Origin: Shigella phage ESh27
Sequence record: ON528737
Strand: one strand, 5' to 3'
DNA length: 64,000 nucleotides
Under the pieces are notes generated by a model. It saw only the letters and a list, made by a program, of their open reading frames with translations, searched no databases and had not been told where the DNA came from. Both the position numbers and the translations under genes were made by a program. This document shows positions 48,607 through 60,436 of the stretch, in pieces (positions within the stretch are counted from its first letter, which is position 1; each line of letters begins with the position of its first letter).

Positions 48607-49194
48607 ATGCTTAAATTAGTATTCGCGTGTGCTCCGACTAAAACAGTTGATGATAAACTGGAATATGCTTTTGGATTAGGTGATGGGCTGCCATGGAAGC
48701 ATATCAAACAAGATATGAGTAACTTTGTTGCTCGCACTAAAAACACTGTAATGGTTATGGGTGCTAAGACTTTTGCATCATTACCTCGTCTACTCCCAGA
48801 TCGTACTCATGTGGTTGTCACTGATATGGCCAGAAAACTGCCTAGGACTAAAACTGATGAACTTGCACGGTTCTATATCACCCAAGCAGAATTTATTACC
48901 TTGGTAATGGGTAGTGAAATTAACTTGTTAAGCCCTTCAACCGACGTACCGTTTAAACTTTCTACTGAACATGTCGATGTCTCGGTTATCGGCGGTCCTG
49001 CTCTACTTAAACAAGCATTGCCTTATGCTGATGAAATTGTTATGACTAAAATCATTAAGAAATGTCGTGTTAATTCAGACGTTCAACTTGATAAAGATTT
49101 CATCCAAGATATTATGCTTCAACGTTCTATGGTAGAATCTCATTACTACAGAATCGATGAACTCACCGAAATTACTGAGAGCGTATATAAATGA
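48607..49194 (+). CDS. frd: dihydrofolate reductase
   Basis: 195 aa; DHFR signature GLGDGLPW; adjacent to td. Confidence 0.8.
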   Translation: MLKLVFACAPTKTVDDKLEYAFGLGDGLPWKHIKQDMSNFVARTKNTVMVMGAKTFASLPRLLPDRTHVVVTDMARKLPRTKTDELARFYITQAEFITLVMGSEINLLSPSTDVPFKLSTEHVDVSVIGGPALLKQALPYADEIVMTKIIKKCRVNSDVQLDKDFIQDIMLQRSMVESHYYRIDELTEITESVYK

Positions 49195-50051
49195 AACAAT
49201 ACCAATACCTGATTAATGATATCCTAGAAAATGGCTACGAAACAGACGACCGTACAGGCACAGGAACAATTGCCCTGTTCGGAACTAAATTACGTTGGGA
49301 TCTGACTAAAGGATTCCCTGCAGTAACAACTAAGAAATTAGCATGGAAAGCTTGTATTGCCGAGTTACTGTGGTTCATGTCAGGTTCTACTAATGTTAAT
49401 GAATTACGTCTTCGTACTCATGGTAGTCTAATTGAAGGTAAAACTATTTGGGACGATAATTACGAAAATCAGGCAAAAGACCTTGGTTATCATAGTGGTG
49501 AACTTGGTCCTATATATGGTAAACAATGGCGTGATTTCGGTGGTGTGGACCAATTAGTTGAAACAATCGACCGTATTAAAAAATTACCAACTGATCGCCG
49601 TCAAATTGTTTCTGCCTGGAATCCGGCCGAAATAAATCAAATGGCTCTTCCTCCTTGCCATATGTTCTATCAGTTCAATGTGCGTAATGGTCATCTTGAT
49701 TTACAATGGTATCAACGCAGTGTAGATGTTTTCTTGGGCCTGCCGTTCAACATTGCCTCGTACGCTGCCTTGACGCATATTGTGGCTAAGATGTGTAATC
49801 TTATCCCGGGTGATTTAGTGTTCTCAGGCGGCAATACGCATATCTACAGCAACCACGTAGAGCAATGCAAAGAAGTTTTACGTCGTGAACCTAAAGAGTT
49901 GTGTTCTCTTGAAATTAATTGGCCTAGTAATTTTGAGAATTGGCCTACAAAAATCCAAATGGACTGGGTTACTGGAACGATGACACATTCTGATTTCGTT
50001 CTTAAAAATTACGAATCACATCCAGCTATCAAAGCTAAAATGGCGGTATAA
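49191..50051 (+). CDS. td: thymidylate synthase (uninterrupted)
   Basis: 286 aa; TS motifs ALPPCH and WYQRSVDVFLGLPFNIASYA; single continuous frame. Confidence 0.9.
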   Translation: MKQYQYLINDILENGYETDDRTGTGTIALFGTKLRWDLTKGFPAVTTKKLAWKACIAELLWFMSGSTNVNELRLRTHGSLIEGKTIWDDNYENQAKDLGYHSGELGPIYGKQWRDFGGVDQLVETIDRIKKLPTDRRQIVSAWNPAEINQMALPPCHMFYQFNVRNGHLDLQWYQRSVDVFLGLPFNIASYAALTHIVAKMCNLIPGDLVFSGGNTHIYSNHVEQCKEVLRREPKELCSLEINWPSNFENWPTKIQMDWVTGTMTHSDFVLKNYESHPAIKAKMAV

Positions 50052-50052
50052 A

Positions 50053-50307
50053 ATGATTTTACGTTTTATTAATTCATATGGCACCACAATTTTTGAAATG
50101 AAAAATCCAAGTGAACTGGATATCCCTTCACCAAATAGTGAAATCACAGTTAAAGGTGAACGATTCGTTTGTTATTCACATGAACGAATTTATGAATATC
50201 GTGAATTTTGTGGTGGATTCGGTATGGAAAAAGAACCATTGGTTTATTTCGATATCACGGTCTTGACTCCTAAAGAATACAAAGAAATTATTGCTAAGAA
50301 TAATTAA
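50053..50307 (+). CDS. hypothetical protein
   Basis: 84 aa between td and nrdA. Confidence 0.45.
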   Translation: MILRFINSYGTTIFEMKNPSELDIPSPNSEITVKGERFVCYSHERIYEYREFCGGFGMEKEPLVYFDITVLTPKEYKEIIAKNN

Positions 50308-50394
50308 CGCTTCAGTTTAAAAGTGTATAATAAATTAACGGGATAAATACTATCCCGTTTGGAGTAATGTCTATCAACCTATACCGAGGAATAT

Positions 50395-52650
50395 ATGCAA
50401 GTAACTAAGAGCAGTGGGGTATCCCAAAATTTTGATGCACAGAAAATTATTCAAGTATTAACTTGGCAATGTGAAGGAACACAAATCGACCCATATGAAT
50501 TGTACGAAGAAATTAAGACCCATCTTGTTGACGGGATGAGCACCAAAGATATTCAGAAGATTTGTATTAAAGTTGCAGCCAACTCGATTTCTGTCGAAGA
50601 ACCTGATTATCAATATGTTGCCGCTAAAGGATTAATGTTTGCACTTCGTAAAGATGTGTACGGACAGTTTGAACCTCCTGCTTTTATCGACCATATCTCG
50701 TATTGTGTTAATGAAGGCAAATACGACCCTGAGTTGTTGTCTAGATATTCTGCAGAAGAAATCATTTATCTCGATTCTCAGATTAAACATGAACGAGATT
50801 TTGATCTGACTTATGCTGGTGCTATGCAGCTTAAAGAAAAATACCTGGTTAAAGATAAAACAACTGGGAAGATTTATGAAACTCCACAGTTTGCTATCAT
50901 GGCTATTGGTATGGCCTTACATCAAGACGAAACTCATGACCGTTTGAAACATATTATTCGTTTTTATGATGCTGTTTCTACTCATCAAGTTTCATTGCCT
51001 ACCCCAATTATGGCAGGTGCTCGTACTCCAACTCGCCAGTTCTCTAGTTGTGTAGTTATTGAAGCCGGTGATTCGTTAAAATCTATTAACAAAACTTCAG
51101 CATCAATTATTGAATATATTTCTAAACGAGCTGGTATTGGTATCAACGTTGGTATGCTTCGTGCAGAAGGTTCTAAGATCGGTACGGGTGAAGTTCGACA
51201 TACGGGTGTTATTCCGTTCTGGAAACATTTCCAAACTGCAGTAAAATCTTGTTCTCAAGGTGGTATTCGTGGTGGTGCTGCTACGGCGTATTATCCGATG
51301 TGGCACTTAGAAGTAGAGAACCTGTTGGTTCTGAAAAATAACAAAGGTGTGGATGAAAACCGTATTCGACATATGGACTACGGAATTCAGATTAATGACC
51401 TTATGATGGAACGCCTTGGTAAAAATGATTATATTACTTTATTTAGCCCTCACGAAATGTCAGGCGAACTATATTACTCATTCTTTGAAGATCAAGATAA
51501 ATTCCGTGAGCTTTATGAGAAAGCTGAAAAAGACCCAACAATCAGAAAGAAAAGAATCAAAGCACTAGAACTCTTTGAATTGTTCATGACTGAACGTTCT
51601 GGTACTGCTCGAATTTATCCACAGTTTGTTGATAACACGAATAACTACACTCCGTTTATTCGTGAAAAAGCTCCAATTCGTCAGAGTAACTTATGCTGTG
51701 AAATCGCTATTCCAACTAATGATGTGAATGGTCCTGATGCTGAAATTGGTTTATGTACGCTGTCTGCATTCGTGCTAGATAACTTTGATTGGCAAGACCA
51801 AGACAAAATTAATGAGCTCGCTGAAGTCCAGGTACGTGCATTGGATAATCTATTAGATTATCAAAGCTATCCTGTTCCTGAAGCTCTGAAGGCTAAGAAA
51901 CGTCGTAACTTGGGTGTCGGTGTGACGAACTATGCTGCATGGTTAGCTTCTAACTTTGCTTCATATGAAGACGCTAACGATTTGACTCATGAATTGTTTG
52001 AGAGATTGCAATATGGCCTTATCAAAGCTTCAATCAAACTCGCCAAAGAAAAAGGACCTTGTGAGTATTATTCAGACACTAAATGGTCTAGAGGCGAATT
52101 ACCTATCGACTGGTACAATAAAAAGATTGACCAAATCGCAGCCCCGAACTACGTCTGTGACTGGGAAGAACTTCGAGCTGAACTCAAAGAACATGGAATT
52201 CGTAACAGTACACTTAGTGCTCTCATGCCATGCGAATCAAGCAGTCAAGTCTCAAATAGCACAAACGGTATAGAACCACCTCGTGGACCTGTAAGTATTA
52301 AAGAATCTAAAGAAGGCAACTTCCGTCAGGTTGTTCCTAATATCGAACATAACATGAGTCTTTACGACTACGCGTGGAAACTTGCTAAGAAAGGTAATAA
52401 ACCTTATTTGACCCAAGTTGCTATCATGTTGAAATGGGTGTGCCAATCTGCTTCTGCTAATACTTACTATGACCCGGCAGTATTTGAGAAAGGTAAAGTG
52501 CCAATGTCAGTAATGCTTGACGATCTGCTTTACTTCTGGTACTTTGGCGGAAAAAATCTCTACTATCATAACACTCGTGATGGGTCAGGTACAGATGACT
52601 ATGAATTAGAAACACCTAAAGCCGAAGATTGCTCTGCTTGTAAGCTTTAA
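50395..52650 (+). CDS. nrdA: ribonucleotide reductase large subunit
   Basis: 751 aa; active-site NLCCEIAIP; C-terminal cysteine pair CSACKL. Confidence 0.9.
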   Translation: MQVTKSSGVSQNFDAQKIIQVLTWQCEGTQIDPYELYEEIKTHLVDGMSTKDIQKICIKVAANSISVEEPDYQYVAAKGLMFALRKDVYGQFEPPAFIDHISYCVNEGKYDPELLSRYSAEEIIYLDSQIKHERDFDLTYAGAMQLKEKYLVKDKTTGKIYETPQFAIMAIGMALHQDETHDRLKHIIRFYDAVSTHQVSLPTPIMAGARTPTRQFSSCVVIEAGDSLKSINKTSASIIEYISKRAGIGINVGMLRAEGSKIGTGEVRHTGVIPFWKHFQTAVKSCSQGGIRGGAATAYYPMWHLEVENLLVLKNNKGVDENRIRHMDYGIQINDLMMERLGKNDYITLFSPHEMSGELYYSFFEDQDKFRELYEKAEKDPTIRKKRIKALELFELFMTERSGTARIYPQFVDNTNNYTPFIREKAPIRQSNLCCEIAIPTNDVNGPDAEIGLCTLSAFVLDNFDWQDQDKINELAEVQVRALDNLLDYQSYPVPEALKAKKRRNLGVGVTNYAAWLASNFASYEDANDLTHELFERLQYGLIKASIKLAKEKGPCEYYSDTKWSRGELPIDWYNKKIDQIAAPNYVCDWEELRAELKEHGIRNSTLSALMPCESSSQVSNSTNGIEPPRGPVSIKESKEGNFRQVVPNIEHNMSLYDYAWKLAKKGNKPYLTQVAIMLKWVCQSASANTYYDPAVFEKGKVPMSVMLDDLLYFWYFGGKNLYYHNTRDGSGTDDYELETPKAEDCSACKL

Positions 52651-52705
52651 GACTTTTGATTATAATTTACTCATGGATGAGTTAATAACTAAGTGAGAAA
52701 ATATA

Positions 52706-53881
52706 ATGAGTACAGTTTTTAACACGCAACAAGTCGATGTTTTGAATGAACCGATGTTCTTTGGTTCTGGTCTTGGCCTCGCACGGTATGATATTCAGCG
52801 TCATAAAGTTTTCGAAGAACTTATTGAAAAGCAATTGTCGTTTTTCTGGCGCCCAGAAGAGGTAAACTTGATGTTGGACTCTGCGCAGTTCAATAAGCTT
52901 CCTCAGTTCCAACAGGACATCTTTACAAACAATCTTAAGTATCAATCATTATTAGATTCTATACAAGGCAGGGCCCCATCTGCGGTACTTATGGCACTTA
53001 TTTCTGACCCTTCATTAGATACATGGGTTGCAACATGGACATTCAGTGAAACTATTCACTCTCGTTCATATACTCATATTATGCGAAATCTTTATACCGA
53101 TCCATCTAAGGTATTTGATGAAATTGTATTAGACGAAGCAATCATGAAACGAGCTGAATCAATAGGTAAATATTATGATGATGTTCTAGTCAAGACTCGC
53201 CATTGGGAAAATGCTAAGGAAAATTATGAGTATTCACTAGGCTCATGCCAGCAGAATGATATTGAGATGTACGAAGAAATAATGTTTAACGCCAAGCGTG
53301 AGCTAATGAAATCTCTTTATCTCTGTTTGCACGTTATCAACTCCTTAGAAGCTATTCGTTTTTACGTATCATTTGCATGTACTTTCAACTTCCATAAAAA
53401 TATGGAAATTATGGAAGGCAATGCAAAGATTATGAAGTTCATTGCTCGTGACGAACAACTCCACCTTAAGGGTACTCAGTACATTATCCGTCAACTTCAA
53501 TCTGGTACTGACGGCGATGAGTGGGTTCAAATTGCTAAAGAATGTGAACAAGAAGCAGTTGACATTTTTATGGAAGTAAATAGTCAAGAGAAGGAATGGG
53601 CTGCGCACCTCTTTAAAGACGGTACATGTCCAGGTATAAATACACAGAGTATGTGTGCTTTTGTTGATTACTTGACTGTGTCTCGTATGAAACAGTGTGG
53701 TTTGCCGTGTCCAATTACTGATGCTCCGACCAAACATCCGTATCCTTGGATTCGTGAATATCTGAACTCTGATTTAGTTCAAGCAGCTCCTCAGGAAGTT
53801 GAAATCAGTTCTTATCTTGTTGCACAAATTGATAATGATGTAGACCAAAATGTAATCAATTCATACAAAAAATATTTCTAA
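52706..53881 (+). CDS. nrdB: ribonucleotide reductase small subunit (uninterrupted)
   Basis: 391 aa; di-iron ligand region SETIHSRSYTHI; continuous frame. Confidence 0.9.
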   Translation: MSTVFNTQQVDVLNEPMFFGSGLGLARYDIQRHKVFEELIEKQLSFFWRPEEVNLMLDSAQFNKLPQFQQDIFTNNLKYQSLLDSIQGRAPSAVLMALISDPSLDTWVATWTFSETIHSRSYTHIMRNLYTDPSKVFDEIVLDEAIMKRAESIGKYYDDVLVKTRHWENAKENYEYSLGSCQQNDIEMYEEIMFNAKRELMKSLYLCLHVINSLEAIRFYVSFACTFNFHKNMEIMEGNAKIMKFIARDEQLHLKGTQYIIRQLQSGTDGDEWVQIAKECEQEAVDIFMEVNSQEKEWAAHLFKDGTCPGINTQSMCAFVDYLTVSRMKQCGLPCPITDAPTKHPYPWIREYLNSDLVQAAPQEVEISSYLVAQIDNDVDQNVINSYKKYF

Positions 53882-53883
53882 GG

Positions 53884-53906
53884 ACGGGACTTCGGTCCCA
53901 CTTTAT
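53884..53906 (+). terminator. terminator-like hairpin after nrdB
   Basis: GGGAC-TTCG-GTCCC hairpin, weak T-run. Confidence 0.4.
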
Positions 53907-53907
53907 T

Positions 53908-54318
53908 ATGAAAGATATTGCCGCCGAATATTCCTTTATTAAATATATAGAATTGGAGCTATTAGAAGATGCAACAATTAAAACCATTGATGCCCCTAAT
54001 AAGAAAAATGTCATATACGCTATTGCTATAGATGACGAACTTGTGTATATTGGTAAAACCAAGAATTTAAAGAAACGCATTAACTATTATCGAACAGCCA
54101 TAAATCGAAAAGACCAGACTTCAGATTCAAGAAAATCACTTATGATTTTGGATGCCTTAATGCAAGGCAAAAAGGTTGAATTCTGGGCCCGCCAATGTTT
54201 TGACCTTTCAGTCACTAACGAACTCGGTTCAATGACCATTGCAACAATGGACCTTGAAGAACCGCTTTTTATCAAAAAGTTCAACCCGCCTTGGAATATC
54301 CAACATAAGAAAAAGTAG
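53908..54318 (+). CDS. denA: endonuclease II (GIY-YIG)
   Basis: 136 aa; GIY-YIG-like VIYAIAIDDELVYIGKT; size and position after nrdB. Confidence 0.7.
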   Translation: MKDIAAEYSFIKYIELELLEDATIKTIDAPNKKNVIYAIAIDDELVYIGKTKNLKKRINYYRTAINRKDQTSDSRKSLMILDALMQGKKVEFWARQCFDLSVTNELGSMTIATMDLEEPLFIKKFNPPWNIQHKKK

Positions 54319-54355
54319 TTTACATACCACAAGGATTGTGGTACAATTTAAAAAA
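54318..54355 (+). promoter_or_regulatory. early promoter upstream of rnlA
   Basis: -35 GTTTAC 54318-54323, 18 bp, -10 TACAAT 54342-54347; spacer palindrome CCACAAGGATTGTGG. Confidence 0.45.
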
Positions 54356-54363
54356 CTAACTGA

Positions 54364-55497
<1,134 letters not shown>

Positions 55498-55559
55498 TGG
55501 TTTACAAACACCAAGGAAGGTGTTACTATGGCTTTTATCAACAACACGAGGAGAAAATT

Positions 55560-56060
55560 ATGAATATGCAATTGATTACTAACGATATGGTCGTAACCGC
55601 TTTTGGAGACACAACTGACGGAATCCGAGTCTTTAAGAAAGGACGTCCAGTTGGTTATCTTACTGACCTCCGTGTTACACTGGCCAAAAATCTTAAAAAG
55701 AAAGTAAAACAAAAAGAGTATTCCACCCGATACGCCGAAGAGAAACGCGAAGCGATGCCGGAAGCAGTTAATGCCATGGTAGAATTTCTTCAAAACAATT
55801 TGACTAAATATGACGCTAATGTGTTCATTAATATTAGTCAACCAAACGTACATATCGCAGGTATAAAATTCTACATTATTTGCGACCCTCTTACCGACAA
55901 ATTCAACCGCCTCGGAATTTCAAGCCCGTATCATACAGCAGAAGAGTTGTGTGTATTGTTTGAATCGTACAAAATCCAGTGTGATGGTTTGAAAACCGTT
56001 CTTATCAATGGATTATCCCGAGATGAAATCATTGAGATTATTAAAACATGCTTAAAGTAA
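55560..56060 (+). CDS. alc: hypothetical protein (alc position)
   Basis: 166 aa from ATG 55560 (SD GAGGAGAA); assignment by size/synteny only. Confidence 0.4.
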   Translation: MNMQLITNDMVVTAFGDTTDGIRVFKKGRPVGYLTDLRVTLAKNLKKKVKQKEYSTRYAEEKREAMPEAVNAMVEFLQNNLTKYDANVFINISQPNVHIAGIKFYIICDPLTDKFNRLGISSPYHTAEELCVLFESYKIQCDGLKTVLINGLSRDEIIEIIKTCLK

Positions 56061-56404
56061 ATCCGATTTATGCTATAGTAGCAGCTTTTGCTCTAGCTTC
56101 TACGGTAACAATAGTTGTCTTAAACAACAAAGTTGATTCGTTGAATACTGAATTAGCTTCTGTCAAAGAGACCGCTAAAAACAATGCTAAAGTATTAGAC
56201 GACTTCAAAGTTCAATATCAGTCAATCGAAGAAATGACTTATAAGAACCGTGTTTTAGTTGACCAACTTAAGGCTGAAAATGAAAAGCTCCGTAAGGATT
56301 CGAAGAAGAAGAACGTGGTGGCAAGTAAACCAGGATTGGTTGAAAAACAAATCAACAGGTCCTTCGATTCCTTTGCAGAAGACCTCAGGAAGCTCTCAGA
56401 ATGA
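56048..56404 (+). CDS. putative i-spanin (PseT.3-like)
   Basis: 118 aa; N-terminal TM helix then charged coiled-coil region; overlaps next gene. Confidence 0.55.
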   Translation: MLKVNPIYAIVAAFALASTVTIVVLNNKVDSLNTELASVKETAKNNAKVLDDFKVQYQSIEEMTYKNRVLVDQLKAENEKLRKDSKKKNVVASKPGLVEKQINRSFDSFAEDLRKLSE

Positions 56405-56691
56405 TTAAATTAACCGCAGTTGTATTATCTATTGGCATTTTGGCTGGATGTGCCCAAGATGTGCCCTTAAGCCCTAAAGAAACTTTACATCCGCAATGGC
56501 CTGAATCTATTGTTGAATATAACCAGAAATGGCAGGTAAAGGTTATTGATGGTAATCCATGGGTTGGAATGCCATTTGAAGACTCTCAAGAATTTCGTAT
56601 CTGGTTAAACGACGTAAAAAGATATGTACATGACCAGAAGACTATGTTATGTTATTATCGTAGTGGTTTAAAAGAGGAAAAATGCCAATGA
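56401..56691 (+). CDS. putative o-spanin lipoprotein (PseT.2-like)
   Basis: 96 aa; signal peptide with lipobox LAGC; start overlaps i-spanin stop. Confidence 0.55.
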   Translation: MIKLTAVVLSIGILAGCAQDVPLSPKETLHPQWPESIVEYNQKWQVKVIDGNPWVGMPFEDSQEFRIWLNDVKRYVHDQKTMLCYYRSGLKEEKCQ

Positions 56692-56906
56692 CTAAAGAAC
56701 AGCATGAATACATTAAAGGGCTTATCTATGAATCTGAAATGGCGGCTATGATTTATGGCCGTCTGATTCAACGATTAGAATCTTTGCCTCCGACTAATGA
56801 CCGCTTGTTAGTTCAGTCTCGTGCTAATCTGAAAAATGAATATCAGAACAAGTGGGCAGTAGCGACTAAAGCTCTTCATGAGTATATCGAATCTTTAGTA
56901 AAATAG
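56682..56906 (+). CDS. hypothetical protein
   Basis: 74 aa. Confidence 0.4.
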   Translation: MPMTKEQHEYIKGLIYESEMAAMIYGRLIQRLESLPPTNDRLLVQSRANLKNEYQNKWAVATKALHEYIESLVK

Positions 56907-56945
56907 TTTACAAACTCTCGGGAGCAGAGTATAATGCTCCTATGG
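56906..56945 (+). promoter_or_regulatory. early promoter within inverted repeat
   Basis: -35 GTTTAC 56906-56911, 18 bp, -10 TATAAT 56930-56935 flanked by GGAGCA/TGCTCC; near-copy of the 28882 element. Confidence 0.5.
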
Positions 56946-56963
56946 ATAATTGAGGAAATCTAA

Positions 56964-57262
56964 ATGAAAACATTACTAGAGAATTATATCAAACGGTCAG
57001 ATGAGTATATTGATATCTGCCGTGGAATGTCACTTGTCAATTATGATAAAGATGCAGCAAAGGCCATAGATGAAGCAGGTAAAGCTCTTCGTAAAGCTGC
57101 TAAAGAAAAAGGGTTGGATTTGCAACAACTCAAAAGTCATATGATTAAATTTATTTCTTCAAACGTTAGAAGTACGTCAATTAATAAAAACGTTGCTGAA
57201 ATTAATAAAGACCGGCGCGAACATAACATTCGTATTCTTGAAGCTTTCTTAGGAATAAAATA

Positions 57263-57263
<1 letters not shown>
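56964..57263 (+). CDS. hypothetical protein
   Basis: 99 aa after early promoter. Confidence 0.45.
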
Positions 57264-58349
<1,086 letters not shown>

Positions 58350-58350
<1 letters not shown>

Positions 58351-58541
58351 TGAAACGATTATATGAAGTGATTGAGGCCATCGAACAGCATAAAGAATAT
58401 TTGTTTGTAGCCTGGCCTTTAGTAAATGGACAGTTCGGTATTGATGTGCTGGACTATGAGCATGAAGAACGTTTGGACGGTGGTATATTTGATAACGTCG
58501 ACCAGGCAATTGAATGGTTAAATGAAAATTATGTACGATAA
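58350..58541 (+). CDS. hypothetical protein
   Basis: 63 aa; ATG overlaps pseT stop. Confidence 0.4.
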
Positions 58542-58746
58542 ACATCATGAAATCGAAGATGAAGCATACAAAATGCTTCGTAAACTAGTAGGACTTAATA
58601 TGAGTTCTACATTAATCAACAAGCTTACCGAAATTCGTAACGACCTGAATACTCGTTACAAAGGCGAATATCATGTAGAGTTTGTTCCTGTAGGCGAACC
58701 GACCGAGCAATTTGTTGTTCGAGTTAAAGTAAATACTGTACACTGA
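58522..58746 (+). CDS. hypothetical protein
   Basis: 74 aa (alternative ATG at 58531). Confidence 0.4.
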   Translation: MKIMYDKHHEIEDEAYKMLRKLVGLNMSSTLINKLTEIRNDLNTRYKGEYHVEFVPVGEPTEQFVVRVKVNTVH

Positions 58747-58753
58747 GGTAATT

Positions 58754-59029
58754 ATGTTCCCTAAATATTCTGAAATTGTAAAGGTCGTTTTTAGTCAGAT
58801 TATCGCAAATCATTTCTTTGATAAGCTGGATACTGCTACCGAGCTTAAGGTCCACTCTGAACTACTCTACGTTTTGAATACACTAGTGCCTGACCAAGTG
58901 GATTCTGTGTCTGTTACGTTGTTGCCCAGCTCGGCTCATGTGATTGTTGTGTTTGGTCTTGATGCTGAACTAGTAATTCAGTGTGAAGTTGATTTCGATT
59001 CACAAGAAATTAAATGTTTTGCAATTTAA
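58754..59029 (+). CDS. hypothetical protein
   Basis: 91 aa. Confidence 0.45.
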   Translation: MFPKYSEIVKVVFSQIIANHFFDKLDTATELKVHSELLYVLNTLVPDQVDSVSVTLLPSSAHVIVVFGLDAELVIQCEVDFDSQEIKCFAI

Positions 59030-59068
59030 GTTTACAACACCGTAGAGTTGTGATATGATGACTCTACC
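59030..59068 (+). promoter_or_regulatory. early promoter
   Basis: -35 GTTTAC 59030-59035, 18 bp, -10 TATGAT 59054-59059; flanked by CGTAGAGT/ACTCTAC. Confidence 0.45.
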
Positions 59069-59086
59069 AACAATGAGGAAATTGAA

Positions 59087-59323
59087 ATGCTAAGTGAAAA
59101 TCCAATTACAGTACACGAATTTCAGATTAAAGTAAAAGAATTTGCTCAAGCACTCATCAATAAAGTGTCTGAACGTTTCCAGGATGCAACATTACGAGTT
59201 ATTCAAGAATCTCCACGTTCTTTTCTCATAATCGTTAATCCTAAAGATGGTGACCAAATTACTAATCTTAAATTAGGCAGTGATGGTCTTGTTGAAGCAA
59301 CTCGAGTATATGGAACACTATAA
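59087..59323 (+). CDS. hypothetical protein
   Basis: 78 aa after early promoter. Confidence 0.45.
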   Translation: MLSENPITVHEFQIKVKEFAQALINKVSERFQDATLRVIQESPRSFLIIVNPKDGDQITNLKLGSDGLVEATRVYGTL

Positions 59324-59443
59324 TGAGAGCTATCTCATTACTATCGAGAATGGTCATAAATCTGAGCACTACCAACTTAACCTGTCTAATCCGGTTAAAG
59401 GTATTGTTGAATCAGAATCTGTTTATATCTCCTAAGGATTGTT

Positions 59444-60436
59444 ATGTTACCTGTCGTCGGAAAACTTATTTCTCCAAAAGAACTGGCTGAGATTATTCCT
59501 TTGTCGGAAGCTTACGCATCACAAGTGGCTTCTCATCGCGAACAAGTTAATTCGATTATGAATGGTGAAGACCCACGCAAACTTATTGTTGTAGGTCCTT
59601 GTTCAATTCATGACCCTATTGCTGCTGTTGAATACGGCAAACGTCTGGCTGAACTTCAAACTCGTCTTCCTAATGTTCTGTTAGTGATGCGCGTTTATTT
59701 TGAAAAGCCTCGAACTACCGTAGGTTGGAAAGGTCTTGTAAATGATCCATATCTTGACGGAAGTTTTGATATGAACCACGGTCTTATAGTTGCACGAACA
59801 TTGTGTCGTAAACTTCTACGTATGGGACTTCCATTAGCAACTGAAGTATTAGACCCATTCACGATTAAGTATCTTTCTGGTATTTTCTCATGGGTTGCTA
59901 TTGGCGCCCGTACGACTGAAAGTCAGACACATCGTGAAATTGCTTCAGGTCTACCGATGTGCGTAGGCTTTAAGAACGCAACCAATGGTTCTATTAAAGT
60001 AGCTACAGACGCGATGTATAGTGCCGCCTGGCCTCATCGGTATATGGGTATGGACGTCGATGGTACTGTAGGCATTGTTGAAGCTGAAGGTAATCAGAAT
60101 ACGCATATCGTATTGCGTGGCGGGACCAACGGCCCGAACTATCATTCTTCTGATATTCAAGAAGCTTCTAACAAAGCAAGGGCAGTAGGTCTGAATCATT
60201 ATGTAATGGTTGACTGTAGCCATGCAAACGCTGATGGGCATTATAGCAATCAAATTGGTATTGGTAAAAATTTAGCAGCTAATGATTTGGTCAAAGGAAT
60301 TATGATAGAATCGTTCCTACATGAAGGAAATCAAAAAATTTCTGATAATATGTCCTATGGCGTTTCCGTTACCGATGCGTGCATCAGTTGGGAACAAACT
60401 AAAGAGCTGTTAACTTATATTAATAAGGTTCAATAA
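59444..60436 (+). CDS. 3-deoxy-D-arabino-heptulosonate-7-phosphate (DAHP) synthase, class I
   Basis: 330 aa; long blocks matching bacterial AroG-type DAHP synthase as remembered (GPCSIHDP, MRVYFEKPRTTVGWKGL, GARTTESQ.HRE, GFKN, ESFLHEGNQ). Confidence 0.85.
   Translation: MLPVVGKLISPKELAEIIPLSEAYASQVASHREQVNSIMNGEDPRKLIVVGPCSIHDPIAAVEYGKRLAELQTRLPNVLLVMRVYFEKPRTTVGWKGLVNDPYLDGSFDMNHGLIVARTLCRKLLRMGLPLATEVLDPFTIKYLSGIFSWVAIGARTTESQTHREIASGLPMCVGFKNATNGSIKVATDAMYSAAWPHRYMGMDVDGTVGIVEAEGNQNTHIVLRGGTNGPNYHSSDIQEASNKARAVGLNHYVMVDCSHANADGHYSNQIGIGKNLAANDLVKGIMIESFLHEGNQKISDNMSYGVSVTDACISWEQTKELLTYINKVQ

Noticed and set aside
49191-50051. Group I intron or homing endonuclease in td or nrdB
   Set aside because: Both genes are continuous full-length frames; no intron-sized insertion or HNH/GIY-YIG ORF within them
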